Below, one piece after another: positions 30,718 to 41,245 of a stretch of 64,000 bases of DNA. The position numbers were made by a program, and so were the translations under genes. The stretch's first letter is position 1, and every line of letters starts with the position of its first letter. The notes below the pieces were generated by a model, which was not told the DNA's origin, made no database searches, and saw only the letters and a list, made by a program, of their open reading frames with translations. The DNA is taken from assembly GCA_965242695.1 (NCBI GenBank), contig CBDESU010000001.1, positions 1,600,001 through 1,664,000 on the forward strand, read 5' to 3'. This DNA is from Cenarchaeum sp. (GTDB lineage Archaea > Thermoproteota > Nitrososphaeria > Nitrososphaerales > Nitrosopumilaceae).

Positions 30718-31329
30718 CTATACCACTGCTCCTGTCCGGTATGCCCGCCCGCGTTGGTAATGGGCGGTGTCGGATCCGGTCGACTTGGGGGTCAAATTTT
30801 CTACACCTGCGGGCCGCGCCGCAGGCGCCGACGGGGCCGGATCGGCGCCCCTGACCGTCCGCGAGGCGCCCGCGGCGGGCGCTGCGCCGCCGAACAGGGG
30901 CGGCCCCTCCGACGGCCCTGGCCCGCCGGTGGCCGCAGGGCCTGGCGCGGCGGCGGCTACTGGCCCGCCAAGGAGCACAGAGCCGACGCTCGCGTGCGCC
31001 TCGCGGATGCGGCGTATCGAGTCCTCGGCCGACAGGACCAGCTCGCCCATCTCGTCGTCGATGCCGTCAAGTCCCTCTGTCGAGCGCTCGATCACCTCTA
31101 CGAGCGCCCCGAGCAGGGCGCGCAGCTCGCGCCTGTCCTCGTACTTTACGAGCAGGTAGCGCGCCGCCTGGAGGACGGCGTCAAAGTCGCGCAGATCCTC
31201 GGGGGCGACCGCGTTTACGGCCCTGCGGTCCGCGTCCGAGAGGGCGGCGAGCCTCTCGGATGCGAGGGCCGATGCGGCCCCGATCCGGGCCTCGTCTGCC
31301 GCCCCCCCTGTCCTGCCCCCTAGCAGCAT
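30718..31329 (-). CDS. Hypothetical protein upstream of cdvC
   Basis: Helical N-half and Pro/Ala-rich linker; operon-like packing. Confidence 0.6.
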   Translation of the reverse strand: MLLGGRTGGAADEARIGAASALASERLAALSDADRRAVNAVAPEDLRDFDAVLQAARYLLVKYEDRRELRALLGALVEVIERSTEGLDGIDDEMGELVLSAEDSIRRIREAHASVGSVLLGGPVAAAAPGPAATGGPGPSEGPPLFGGAAPAAGASRTVRGADPAPSAPAARPAGVENLTPKSTGSDTAHYQRGRAYRTGAVV

Positions 31330-32174
31330 GCGCGCGTCACGGCCAGCATGCGCGCGCCGTGCATATCAGGGTACAGCCGCCTTAGTTTAGACTCGGCGGT
31401 CAACTTTGCTTGAGCCAGCGCGGCCGACGAGGCGGCGTTGGACCTGCCAAAGTCGAGCCTGGCGTCGGCGACGGCGGCAGAGTCGGCCAGGACGCCGCCG
31501 AGGACGGACGAGGCCTCGCACAGGAGCGCGCTCTGGGCAGGGTACGAGGCGTGCAGGGCCGAGCTGACGCGGCGCAGGACGGCAATGGCCGCAGGCACCT
31601 CGTCCGTCACGGGGGCCGAGCGGCCGGCGCGCCCAAGCCACGAGGCCGCCTCCAAGAGGGCCAGGACGGCCGTGCGCGCGGCAAGCTCGCCGGCCAGCGC
31701 GGCGGGCAGGGACGTGTGCGCGGCGGCCGCGCGCATGATGCCTGGGCGGCCCGCCGCTGCCGCGCCCGACTCGCCGGCGCCTACAGGGGCGGCCTCCGCC
31801 GCCGCCAGCCGCCGGTTGCGGCGCGAGATATCCTGCAGCTCGGCCGACAGCCCGGTACAGATGTCGCCGAGCAGGGAGCGCGCGTACTCTAGGCGCGGCA
31901 GTATCTCCCTCGTACGCGCAGCCGCCGCGGCGTCGCCGACTCGGGGGCGCGCTGCCTCTGCTGCGCAGGCCGCTGTCGCCCCCGCCGGCTGCCCGCGCCT
32001 GCGGCGGCCGGGGGAGCGCCCCCTCCCGGTCCTACCCGATGCCTCCACGCCCCCTCCTGCCGCCCTCGCATAAGAGGGCGGTGTAACGGGGCCGGCCGTT
32101 GCCGCGGATACGCTCGGGGCGGTGACACGCGCGGGGCCGGCCGCGGGCCGCGCGGGGCGATATTTTTTGGCCAT
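31320..32174 (-). CDS. Divergent ESCRT-III/CdvB-like helical protein
   Basis: C-terminal LGGVLADSA..LDF..SN....L.QAKL.AE.KL..LYPD resembles Snf7/CdvB tails; next to cdvC; start uncertain. Confidence 0.5.
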   Translation of the reverse strand: MAKKYRPARPAAGPARVTAPSVSAATAGPVTPPSYARAAGGGVEASGRTGRGRSPGRRRRGQPAGATAACAAEAARPRVGDAAAAARTREILPRLEYARSLLGDICTGLSAELQDISRRNRRLAAAEAAPVGAGESGAAAAGRPGIMRAAAAHTSLPAALAGELAARTAVLALLEAASWLGRAGRSAPVTDEVPAAIAVLRRVSSALHASYPAQSALLCEASSVLGGVLADSAAVADARLDFGRSNAASSAALAQAKLTAESKLRRLYPDMHGARMLAVTRACC

Positions 32175-32228
32175 CGTGTTAAACCAAATTTACACCGCAG
32201 GCTAGGCCCGCGCGCGCGCAGTGCAGGC

Positions 32229-33431
32229 ATGGCAGACGACGGGACGCTCCACGTAAGCCTCGAGGAGTTTGGGCTTAGCAGGTACGAGGCGCTCGTGTAC
32301 GTGGCCCTGCTCTCCGAGGGAGAGGTCTCGGCGGCGGGGCTGTCGTACGCGTCCGGCGTGCCGCGCACAAAGGTGTACCCGACCCTGCACAAGCTGGAGA
32401 AGAAGGGCCTCGTCATCGTCTCGAACGGCAGGCCGCAGGTGTGCACGCCGGTCGCCCCCGAGGACGCATTCGACGGCGTCATACAGGAGCACATCAGCCG
32501 CGTCGACGCCATGAACACCCTCGTGGCCGGCCTCAAGCGCCTCAACGACGAGAGCCGGCGGCGGCGCGGGTCGCGCGAGAGGAGGTACGTCGACCTGGCC
32601 GCATCGAGCACGCGCGGGCACCTCGCCAAGATGATCGGCGGGGCAAAGGAGTCGGTGCGCGCAATGGTCGGCCACGTCGGCGCATCGCTGCTCGCCGAGT
32701 GCCGCGGGGCCCTCGCATCGGCCTCGCAGAGGGGCGTGGCGATCCGCATCGTAATGCCGGCCGAGCTTGTCGGCACGGCCCCGCACAGGGACCTGACCGA
32801 CTGCGGCGAGGTGAGGGCAGGCGGCGCCGTCAACGGGTGCGTCATGTTCGACGGCGCGGACGCGATGTTCGTCGACGGGGCCGGAGGCAGGTCGGCCGTC
32901 ATACCGGCCGACGGCGCCGTCGGGGCCGGCCAGTCCGAGCTGTTCGATCGCGTGTGGGAAGACTCGGCGAGCACGGACGGCCTTGCGGACATGACCGGCG
33001 GCGAGGTGCGCGACGTGTACGCGATGGTCGGCGCCGTCGGCAGGGGCGGAGGCGGCGTGCTCGGCGGCGTCCTCGGGGCGCGGCGCGCGGCAGGGGCGCC
33101 GGCGCGCGGCCGGGGCGGCCGCAGCGAGGCGGGCGCCGACGTGCTCGGCGCGGTCGAGAGGATATCCGGCGTCAGCCTCGCCGGCCGCGGCATGGACGAC
33201 GTCGTCGAGATGGTCGATACGGCCCTGCGCGTGGCGTGCTCGGGCCGCGTCGAGCTTGACGGCGGCTCGGGCAGCGTGTCGATCAGGTCGCCGCTCAACG
33301 GCGGCAGCTGCCTGCCGTGGGCCGCCGTGCTCGACGGCTGGCTTGCGCGCGAGGGGTACACCACCCGCACGACCCGCCGCTCGGACGCGGGCGGCGGCGA
33401 GGCCGTGTACATCAGGTTTGCAAAGGGTTAA
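32229..33431 (+). CDS. TrmB-family transcriptional regulator
   Basis: FGLSRYEA.VYVALL..G...A..LS..SGVPRTKVY..L..LE.KG. Confidence 0.88.
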   Translation: MADDGTLHVSLEEFGLSRYEALVYVALLSEGEVSAAGLSYASGVPRTKVYPTLHKLEKKGLVIVSNGRPQVCTPVAPEDAFDGVIQEHISRVDAMNTLVAGLKRLNDESRRRRGSRERRYVDLAASSTRGHLAKMIGGAKESVRAMVGHVGASLLAECRGALASASQRGVAIRIVMPAELVGTAPHRDLTDCGEVRAGGAVNGCVMFDGADAMFVDGAGGRSAVIPADGAVGAGQSELFDRVWEDSASTDGLADMTGGEVRDVYAMVGAVGRGGGGVLGGVLGARRAAGAPARGRGGRSEAGADVLGAVERISGVSLAGRGMDDVVEMVDTALRVACSGRVELDGGSGSVSIRSPLNGGSCLPWAAVLDGWLAREGYTTRTTRRSDAGGGEAVYIRFAKG

Positions 33432-33455
33432 GGGCGGCGCATCGGCGGTCCGGCC

Positions 33456-33917
33456 GTGGGAGCAGAGGAGAGACTCGCCGAGATCGGCATCATCCTGCCC
33501 GAGCCGCCGGCCCCCGCCGGCTCGTACGTTCCGGTCGCCGTCTACGGCGGCGCGGCGTACGTGTCAGGGCAGATACCGGTCGGCGCCGACGGCAGGCTAG
33601 AGTACGTCGGCAGGGTCAGCGCGCAGAACGCCGACGAGGCCGCCGATGCGGCCCGCCTGTGCGCCGTCAACGTTCTGGCCCAGCTAAAGGCCGAGCTCGG
33701 CTCGCTCGACAGGGTCGCGCGCATCGTCAGGGTCGCAGGATTCGTAAACTCCAAGCCCGGCTTCTATGGCCACCCGGCCGTCGTCAACGAGGCGTCCGAC
33801 GTGTTCTTTCGGGCGTTTGGAGAGGACGGACGGCACTCGCGCATTGCGGTCGGTGCATCGGGCCTGCCGCTCGGCGCCATGGTCGAGATAGAGGCCGTCG
33901 CGGGAATACGCCCGTGA
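33456..33917 (+). CDS. RidA/YjgF-family protein
   Basis: YVSGQIP, GRHSRIAVG..LPLGA.VEIE. Confidence 0.9.
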   Translation: MGAEERLAEIGIILPEPPAPAGSYVPVAVYGGAAYVSGQIPVGADGRLEYVGRVSAQNADEAADAARLCAVNVLAQLKAELGSLDRVARIVRVAGFVNSKPGFYGHPAVVNEASDVFFRAFGEDGRHSRIAVGASGLPLGAMVEIEAVAGIRP

Positions 33918-33935
33918 CCTGCGGGGGCGGCGCCC

Positions 33936-34967
33936 TCACAGCGCCTTGTTCAGCGCCCTGATGAACGACCGTATCGACTTTTTCGGTATGGATGCGCCGC
34001 ACGCCTTGTCGTGGCCGCCGCCCGATCCGCCCGCCTCCAGGGCGAGCTTGTTGACGAGGCGGCCGAGGTGCGTGCGGCACCTGCGCGAGCCGCGTATGGA
34101 CACGGCGCAGTCGTCGGCGTCCTTGCGCTCGCGGTACGCAAGCCCGACCTCGCGCCCGGACAGCCCAAGGACAAAGTTGACGACGCCGCCGGGCGAGACG
34201 TCCGTCGCCTCCATGTAGCCGAGCGAGCTCATCCGCCGCATGTCGTGGCGGACGCGCGTGACCGTCTCGGCGAGCCTCTCCATCTGCGTCTGTGCAAACG
34301 CAAACGACCCGTCCAGCTCGAACGGGTACTTTGAGTCGGCCAGCTTTGCGACCATGTCCTCCAGGTAGTCGGCGTCCTTTTGGTGGCCCGTAATGCAGTA
34401 CGTCAGCACGGTCGCGTTGATCAGGACGAACTGGCGGTCGTACATCTCGAGCAGGTGCAGGCCGGCCGGCCTGTCGTCCATGTAGTCCGTGACGGCAGCG
34501 CAGGCGGCCACGAACGCTGCGTGGTCCGGCAGGCGGCGCCTGAACGCGGCGTGCACCTGGACCGTCGTGCACTCGTTGACGTCGTGGATGAGCTTTGCGC
34601 CGCACTTTGCGATGCGCGCGGCGATGCGCGGGTTGATGTCGTGGTGGTCGATGTACGTGACGGCCACGCGCCGCCTGCGCAGCGACTCTACGATCTCGGC
34701 AAACTCTGCCTCGTGGCGCTTGTTGAGGCCCAGGTCGCAGATGTACAGCGCCTTGAGCGACGCATCGGCCGCAAGGCCGCGCAGCGCATCCATCTGCTCG
34801 GTGTAGTCGACAAGGACAGACTCGCCGCCGAACGCGGCGCGGACGAGAGCGGCCGAGCTGATTCCGTCGGCGTCCTCCCTGTGCGACATGCATACGATGC
34901 GCGTCTTTGCCGGCGCCCTTGCCCTCTTGCCAGCAGATGCCACGGCGGCGATCGACCGCGGCCTCAT
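33936..34967 (-). CDS. DHH/DHHA1 phosphoesterase
   Basis: HREDADG, CDLG, IDHH, GGGHDKACGA. Confidence 0.88.
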   Translation of the reverse strand: MRPRSIAAVASAGKRARAPAKTRIVCMSHREDADGISSAALVRAAFGGESVLVDYTEQMDALRGLAADASLKALYICDLGLNKRHEAEFAEIVESLRRRRVAVTYIDHHDINPRIAARIAKCGAKLIHDVNECTTVQVHAAFRRRLPDHAAFVAACAAVTDYMDDRPAGLHLLEMYDRQFVLINATVLTYCITGHQKDADYLEDMVAKLADSKYPFELDGSFAFAQTQMERLAETVTRVRHDMRRMSSLGYMEATDVSPGGVVNFVLGLSGREVGLAYRERKDADDCAVSIRGSRRCRTHLGRLVNKLALEAGGSGGGHDKACGASIPKKSIRSFIRALNKAL

Positions 34968-35570
34968 TTAAACCAAAATTTGCGGCGCGCGGGGCGAGGG
35001 GGGGACGGTGCGGCCCCGGACGGAGGGGGGGGACAAGGCCGCAGGGTCGCGCCGGATCCCCGCGCCGGATCCCTGCGCCGCCTGAGCGGGGGCGGGGAGA
35101 TCGTGCGCGGGCCGGCCCTCGGCTTTTCCGGATGCGCCGCCCGGCGGCGGCGCCGCCGCATGCCCTGTGCGCGGCGGCGCGGGGCGCATGCGGAGTCGCG
35201 GCGGATGGGGGAGGGCTCAGGCGGCGCGCATCCGGACAGTCGGCCGCAGCGCACGCATGCATTATGCTCGCCTGCCGCCTGCGGCCCGCCAGTCCCTCCC
35301 CCCCCCCCCGCAGTCGGCCGCAGCGCACGCATGCGCGGTGACCGCCCTCCCGCAATGGCCGCATCGGCAGCTCGCGGCCGGCTTGCCGATCGTCCTGCCC
35401 TCAGGCAGATGCCGTTTGCACGGGCGGCCGCGCCTGCAGGCGCCGCGCTTGCCGCCGCCCGGCGCGTTTGCGCCGTACAGGATGGCCATGGCGGTAGAAT
35501 ACTAGACGTCATAATACGGGGCCTTACTAGATAATCTAGGGTTTAAATAGCCACATATGACCGCCTGTCC

Positions 35571-36209
35571 ATGGAAAGGAACAGCAACGGAAGCCAACAA
35601 GCGCGAGCCAAAGGGCGCGTACTGCGCGTCGGCGGCGGCGTGCGCAGGCACACCATACGAAGGCAGCTATACATATACCTGTCCCTGATCGGCACTGGCG
35701 CCTATTTCGTAGCGGAGAGCGGGCTTGAGAAGCTGCACCTGATCAGCGAGGGCGCAGCTTTTATAATGGTCGGCATCGTGGGCCTAATCATGTCCACTAC
35801 CACGACGGACATAGGGCAGAGCCTCATGCTCGCCGTCCGCGAGGAGGGCAAGACGACGCGCGCGGTGAACAGGAAGCTTGTCAAGCACATGGTCAAAGTC
35901 CTCGACAACACCGTCCGCGAGGAGGGCAGGCAGACGCGCGCGGCGATCGAAGAGATCGGCAGGCAGGCTGAGGAGCGCGACGCACGCATGGAGAAGCGGC
36001 TGGATCGGATGTCTTCCGCAGTCGAAGCCGTGTCGAACGACATCAAGGCCGTGTCGAACGACATCAAGGCCGTGTCGAACGACATCAAGGCCGTGTCGAA
36101 CGACATCAAGGCCGTGTCGAACGACATCAAGGCCGTGTCAGACGACAACCGCGAGTTCTTCAGGCAGATGCTCGAGTCTCAGAACCGCATCCTTGAGAAG
36201 GTGTCCTAG
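35571..36209 (+). CDS. Membrane-anchored coiled-coil protein, copy 1
   Basis: Two hydrophobic segments followed by (AVSNDIK)x5; TTTAAATA about 25 nt upstream. Confidence 0.75.
   Translation: MERNSNGSQQARAKGRVLRVGGGVRRHTIRRQLYIYLSLIGTGAYFVAESGLEKLHLISEGAAFIMVGIVGLIMSTTTTDIGQSLMLAVREEGKTTRAVNRKLVKHMVKVLDNTVREEGRQTRAAIEEIGRQAEERDARMEKRLDRMSSAVEAVSNDIKAVSNDIKAVSNDIKAVSNDIKAVSNDIKAVSDDNREFFRQMLESQNRILEKVS
36027..36131 (+). repeat. 21-bp coding tandem repeat x5 (heptad)
   Basis: gccgtgtcgaacgacatcaag x5. Confidence 0.95.
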
Positions 36210-36280
36210 GCGGGGGCATCTCCCCCTCCCCCTTTTTTGCAAGTCTGGCGCCCGGCGCCCGTGCACGGGGCCTGGTAAAA

Positions 36281-36820
36281 GTGCGAGGCGAGGCGTGGGG
36301 GGCACACCATGCAAGGCAGCTATGCACATGCCTGTCCCTGATCGGCACTGGCGCCTATTTCGTAGCGGAGAGCGGGCTTGAGAAGCTGCACCTGATCAGC
36401 GAGGGCGTCGCCTTGATATTGGTCGGCATTGTGGGCCTAATCATGTCCACTACCACGACGGACATAGGGCAGAGCCTCATGCTCGCCGTCCGCGAGGAGG
36501 GCAAGACGACGCGCGCGGTGAACAGGAAGCTTGTCAAGCACATGGTCAAAGTCCTCGACAACACCGTCCGCGAGGAGGGCAGGCAGACGCGCGCGGCGAT
36601 CGAGGAGATCGGCAGGCAGGCGGAGGAGCGCGACGCACGCATGGAGAAGCGGCTGGATCGGATGGCTTCCGCCGTCGAAGCCGTGTCGAACGACATCAAG
36701 GCCGTGTCGAACGACATCAAGGCCGTGTCGAACGACATCAAGGCCGTGTCGAACGACAACCGCGAGTTCTTCAGGCAGATGCTCGAGGCTCAGAACCGCA
36801 TCCTTGAGAAGGTGTCCTAG
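36281..36820 (+). CDS. Membrane-anchored coiled-coil protein, copy 2 (altered 5' end)
   Basis: Near-identical to copy 1 from about 36300; (AVSNDIK)x3 at 36680-36742. Confidence 0.6.
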   Translation: MRGEAWGAHHARQLCTCLSLIGTGAYFVAESGLEKLHLISEGVALILVGIVGLIMSTTTTDIGQSLMLAVREEGKTTRAVNRKLVKHMVKVLDNTVREEGRQTRAAIEEIGRQAEERDARMEKRLDRMASAVEAVSNDIKAVSNDIKAVSNDIKAVSNDNREFFRQMLEAQNRILEKVS

Positions 36821-37469
36821 GCTGGGACCGCCCCTCTTTTTGCAAGTTGGTAGCACGGCATCCGTGCACGGGTCTGGAAAAAATGACGGCAGGAACCAAG
36901 GCGCCAGAGTCCTAGCGGCCCAGGGGCGATCCAAGCGTCGGGCAGTTTTTTGCAGACTTTTTCGGAGCGGTACGGCGCCGGGCAGGATGCCGTGGGCAGT
37001 AGCGGCGAGTTGCATCTCAACTGTGCGGCAAGGCAGGCCTAGGCGCCAGCGGGTCGCGGTCCGCGCCGGCCGAATCGTGCAGGAGTGCATGCGGCGCCCG
37101 ATCGGCCGAACAGCGGCCGCAGGCGGCGCGAGTCCTGCGCGCGGCGCGGCCGGCTTGCGCTGGCATGCCATGGCGGGCCGTCATGCACCCGCGCCGGGGC
37201 GGCAGCCGGATCGCATGCGGCACGACGGGGGCATTCCACAGCCCGTCCCGCAGCGTCCCGCCCCGTGCATGGATCCGGCGCGCGCGGAGGGCACAGAGCC
37301 GTGCGCGCGGCGCATGCCCAGATACGGCGGTCTTTGCGGGACTCCCCCGCCGGCGCAGGCCGCGCAGGCCGCCAGTGGCCAGGCGGGGAGCGGCGGGGAG
37401 CGACACGGGGCAGAGTGCGGGGCAATGCTTCAGCTGCGCCGAATGCAGGCAGTGCTGCGCGCATCTTCG

Positions 37470-37802
37470 CTAGGATGCGGCGGCGCCGGCGCGCGGGCCC
37501 TGGTCCCCGCCGCCCCGTCCTCCGCCTGCCGCCGTAGCGGCAGCCGCGGCCGCCCGCCCGCGGCGCAGGCCGCGGGCAGGCCGCCGCCCCCTGAGGGGCC
37601 CTCCGGGGGCAGATCCCGCGGGCGCCGCCGGGATGCCCCCCCTGCGGCCGTTCCCCGCGCTGTTCAGGTACGCGTCGTAGAACGACATCCCGGACGCGCG
37701 TGCGCGCGCGTCGATGTCCTGCAGGCGCCTCAGCTCGGACGGCGAGGCGGCCAGCACGAGCTCGTCGACCTGCCGCTCAAAGCTGCGCTGCGCGTCGGCC
37801 AT
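37470..37802 (-). CDS. Small hypothetical protein
   Basis: MADAQRSFERQVDELV...DARARASGMSFYD; similar to the 39348 ORF. Confidence 0.55.
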   Translation of the reverse strand: MADAQRSFERQVDELVLAASPSELRRLQDIDARARASGMSFYDAYLNSAGNGRRGGIPAAPAGSAPGGPLRGRRPARGLRRGRAAAAAATAAGGGRGGGDQGPRAGAAAS

Positions 37803-38102
37803 GCCGCATGTCGCCGCGGCGGCCAATACGCGGCAGCTCAACTAGTTTTGACAAGCCGGTAAAGATAGTTTGGGCAGCGGCCGAAGCAGACCGCCCCGCA
37901 GGGCGCGCATGCGGCCGGCCTCGCCCGGCGCGGCGGCGGGGCCCGCGCCGCGGCGCATGCGGCCGGCCTCGGCGGCGGCGCAACGGCGGGCCCCGCGCCG
38001 CGGCGCATGCGGCCGGCCTCGCCCGGCGCGGCGGCGGGGCCCGCGGGGCCCCGCCGGGCACCCCGTCCTAGGTTTAATAGGCATGCGCGGGGCCAAGGCG
38101 GC

Positions 38103-39266
38103 GTGGATACAAAGAACATCGGGCTGAGGGGCATACCGGTGGCCGACACGAGGATATCGAACATCGACGGTGCCAACGGCCGCCTCATATACCGCGGGTA
38201 CGACATTGCCGACCTCGTTGAAAAGTCCAACTTTGAGGAGGTCGCGTACCTCCTGCTCCACGACGATCTGCCGACAAGGGAGCAGCTGTCCGAGTTCAAG
38301 TCGAGGCTTACCGACGCGAGGCAGATACCAAAGCAGATGCAGATCAACATGGGCAACTGGCGCAAGGACGCCGACCCCATGGACATGCTACAGGCGTTCA
38401 CGGCCGCCCTGGCCGGCTACTACGACGAGGAGTTCTCGAGCAAGGCGGCAAGCTACGACAGGGCGTCGAACCTGCTCGGCAAGGTGCCGACGATAGTGGC
38501 AAGCTGGCAGCGCATCCGCAACAACCTTCCCCTCGTCGACCCCGACCCGTCGCTGGGCCACGCGGCCAACTTCCTGCATATGATGTCCGGCGAGAGGCCC
38601 GACCCAGAGGTTGAAAAGATATTCGACGTGTGCCTCATACTGCACGCCGACCACACGTTCAACGCCTCGACGTTCACCGCAAGGCAGGTCGCCTCGACGA
38701 GGGCCCACATGTACTCGGCGGCCAGCGCGGCGATCGGCTCGCTCAGCGGCGAGCTGCACGGCGGCGCAAACTACGAGGTCATGAGGATGCTGCTCGACAT
38801 CGGCTCCGAGGACAGCGTCGACGGGTGGGTCAGGTCCCGCATGGACGCCGGCGAGCGCATAATGGGGATGGGCCACGCCGTGTACAGGACGTACGATCCC
38901 AGGGCGCGCGTCCTCAAGGAGATGTCGCGCAAGATGGGCGCCAAGACGGGCGAGCCGTGGTTCCGCATAACGGAGAGGGTCGAGGAGGCCACAAAGCGCG
39001 AGATGTCCGAGCGCAAGGGCATCGACATCTACCCGAACGTAGACCTGTACAGCGCGTCGCTGTACTACATGCTAAAGATACCGATGGACCTGAACACGCC
39101 GATATTCGCCATATCGAGGGTGGCCGGGTGGGCCGCCCACGTGATCGAGGAAAAGTTCGCCGAGGCGGCCCCAAAGCCGGCCCTGTACAGGCCGAGGGCC
39201 GTGTACGTCGGCAAGGACTGCGGCCCAGGCGGCTGCGAGTACAAGCCCATAGACCTGCGCGGCTAG
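38103..39266 (+). CDS. gltA: Citrate synthase
   Basis: LIYRGY, HADHTFNAST, LHGGAN, GMGHAVY..DPR, PNVDLYS. Confidence 0.96.
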   Translation: MDTKNIGLRGIPVADTRISNIDGANGRLIYRGYDIADLVEKSNFEEVAYLLLHDDLPTREQLSEFKSRLTDARQIPKQMQINMGNWRKDADPMDMLQAFTAALAGYYDEEFSSKAASYDRASNLLGKVPTIVASWQRIRNNLPLVDPDPSLGHAANFLHMMSGERPDPEVEKIFDVCLILHADHTFNASTFTARQVASTRAHMYSAASAAIGSLSGELHGGANYEVMRMLLDIGSEDSVDGWVRSRMDAGERIMGMGHAVYRTYDPRARVLKEMSRKMGAKTGEPWFRITERVEEATKREMSERKGIDIYPNVDLYSASLYYMLKIPMDLNTPIFAISRVAGWAAHVIEEKFAEAAPKPALYRPRAVYVGKDCGPGGCEYKPIDLRG

Positions 39267-39347
39267 CGCCGCCGCGGGGCGGCGGCCGGCGCTGCGCGTC
39301 CGCCATCCGCAGGCGCGCATCCCGCCGCCGCGCGCGGGGCGGCGCGG

Positions 39348-39572
39348 TCAGTTGCGCGCGTTCATCCACCGGCCGGCGCGCACGCACGTGTCGCGCCTGT
39401 ACAGCGCCTCGAAGACCATGTCGTAGAACGTGATGCCGCGCCGGCGCGCCTCCGAGTCGAGCCATCGGAGGGCCGATGCGAGCTCGGGATCGTCCGACGA
39501 GGACTCTACGAGACCGTCGACGACATCCTCGAACACGACGGGCACCTCGCCGCATGCGGACGCTCTCCCCAT
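39348..39572 (-). CDS. Small hypothetical protein
   Basis: WLD.EA..RGITFYDMVFE; distant similarity to the 37470 ORF. Confidence 0.6.
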   Translation of the reverse strand: MGRASACGEVPVVFEDVVDGLVESSSDDPELASALRWLDSEARRRGITFYDMVFEALYRRDTCVRAGRWMNARN

Positions 39573-39687
39573 GCCGCAGGTGCGCGGCGCGGGGGCTTAG
39601 CGCCGGGGTCGAACTTTGTAGACCCGGTGGTGAAGCAATCTAGACGGGCCGGCGCCTAGAGGGGGCGGCAACGGTCAAATCCCCGCC

Positions 39688-40731
39688 GTGCGCGGGGGCG
39701 GCGTGGCGTTCCTAGAGGTCGACGGCCTGTCGGCAGAGTACGCAGGGGCCGGCGGCGCGCCGCCGGTGAGGGCCCTCGAGGGCGCCTCGCTGCGCGCCGA
39801 GAGGGGCGAGTGCATCGGCGTGGCCGGCGCTAGCGCGTGCGGCAAGAGCACGCTGGGCCTGGCCATCATGCGCTCGCTGCGCGGCGGGGCCGTAACGGCC
39901 GGCTCTGCCACGCTCGGCGGCGACTCCGTGCTCGGGCCGTCGGATGCCGAGTTTGATGCCGCGTGGCGGTGGAAGCGCATATCGATGATCTTCCAGGGCG
40001 CGATGAGCTCGCTGGATCCCGTCTTTACCGTGCGCGAGCAGCTCGCCGAGGCGCTTGCGGTGCACGGGGCAGGCGGCGGCGGCGCGGACGGGGCGATCGA
40101 GAGGGCCGTCGAGTCTGTCGGCCTCGACGCGGGCGTCCTGCCAAAGTACCCGCACGAGCTGAGCGGCGGGATGAAGCAGCGCGTCGTGATCGCGCTCGCT
40201 CTGATCCTCAGGCCGGACCTGGTCATCGCCGACGAGCCGACGACCGCCCTTGACGTGCTAGTCCAGGCGCAGATCATACGGCTGCTCAGGCGCCTAAAGT
40301 CCGACGAGGGGACCACGCTCATGGTCATTACGCACGACCTTGCCGTCCTCTCCGAGCTTGCCGACCGGATCGCGATCATGTACGCCGGCCAGATCGTCGA
40401 GTTCGGGCCGGCAGACCGCGTATACAAGGGCCCGCTGCACCCGTACACGCAGGGGCTGCTCTCGTCGATACCGACCCTGCGGGGGCCGCGGCCGGGGCAC
40501 ATCGCCGGATCCCCGCCCGGCCTCTCGCCGCCGCCCGAGGGATGCAGGTTTGCCGCCCTGTGCCCGCGCGCGTTCGAGAGGTGCTCTGACGACCCGCCCG
40601 AGTTTCCGGCGCGCGGCGGGTACGTAAAGTGCTGGCTGTACGAGGGCGGCGCGGCCGAGGGGGGCGCTGGGGCGGCCGAGGGGGGCGCTGGGGCGGCCGA
40701 GCAGGGCGATCCAGCGCAGGGAGCCGGCTAG
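39688..40731 (+). CDS. oppD: Peptide/nickel ABC transporter ATP-binding protein (OppD/DppD)
   Basis: GASACGKST, LSGGMKQR, IADEPTTALDV, ITHDL, HPYT, GCRF..C. Confidence 0.9.
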   Translation: MRGGGVAFLEVDGLSAEYAGAGGAPPVRALEGASLRAERGECIGVAGASACGKSTLGLAIMRSLRGGAVTAGSATLGGDSVLGPSDAEFDAAWRWKRISMIFQGAMSSLDPVFTVREQLAEALAVHGAGGGGADGAIERAVESVGLDAGVLPKYPHELSGGMKQRVVIALALILRPDLVIADEPTTALDVLVQAQIIRLLRRLKSDEGTTLMVITHDLAVLSELADRIAIMYAGQIVEFGPADRVYKGPLHPYTQGLLSSIPTLRGPRPGHIAGSPPGLSPPPEGCRFAALCPRAFERCSDDPPEFPARGGYVKCWLYEGGAAEGGAGAAEGGAGAAEQGDPAQGAG

Positions 40732-41105
40732 GAGTGCGCCCTTACGATCGGAAGGCACGAGTCGATGATCCGCAGCACCTCGCTGCGCACCACCTTGCGG
40801 TCGATCGATATCCAGGCCGTCAGGCGGCCGATCGTGAACGAGATCGTCTGCACGCGCGTACGCTCCTCCCAGGCGAACTTGACCGTGCCGAGGCTCTTGT
40901 CAAAGTGCGACTCGAGCTCGTTCCTGATGGCAATGTTCGAGAACTGGTGGCGCGTGCTCTTCGTGTCCAGCAGCGCCTTGAGCCCCTCGCGCCGGTAGTG
41001 GGAGAGCACCTCGCCGTTCGGCCCAATGACCGCGACAAAGCGTATGAAGGGGCTGATCGCGGCGATCGCATCGGTGATCTCGCGGTGCTTTTTTGCGGCT
41101 ACCAA
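40728..41105 (-). CDS. DUF6659-like protein
   Basis: IRFVAVI..NG...FDKSLG.V; paralog of the 1319 ORF. Confidence 0.65.
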   Translation of the reverse strand: MVAAKKHREITDAIAAISPFIRFVAVIGPNGEVLSHYRREGLKALLDTKSTRHQFSNIAIRNELESHFDKSLGTVKFAWEERTRVQTISFTIGRLTAWISIDRKVVRSEVLRIIDSCLPIVRAHS

Positions 41106-41245
41106 CGGGCCGCGCCGGATCGGGGCCGTATTTTAGGCAACCGCGCCCCGCCCTCGCCCCGCGCGGCGGCGGCGGGGGCCGGCGCCGCCGGACGGCGGCG
41201 GCTCCCCGATCTCGTTAAATACAATCCTAGCGGGCACGGCGCCGG

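Noticed and set aside
34980-35500. Possible gene or ncRNA in a GC-rich gap with a 24-bp direct repeat (35237, 35311)
   Set aside because: No recognisable motif or RNA fold; it looks like low-complexity intergenic DNA.
37900-38050. Short GC-rich repeats upstream of citrate synthase as a regulatory element
   Set aside because: Imperfect local duplications of a kind common in this genome; no evidence of function.
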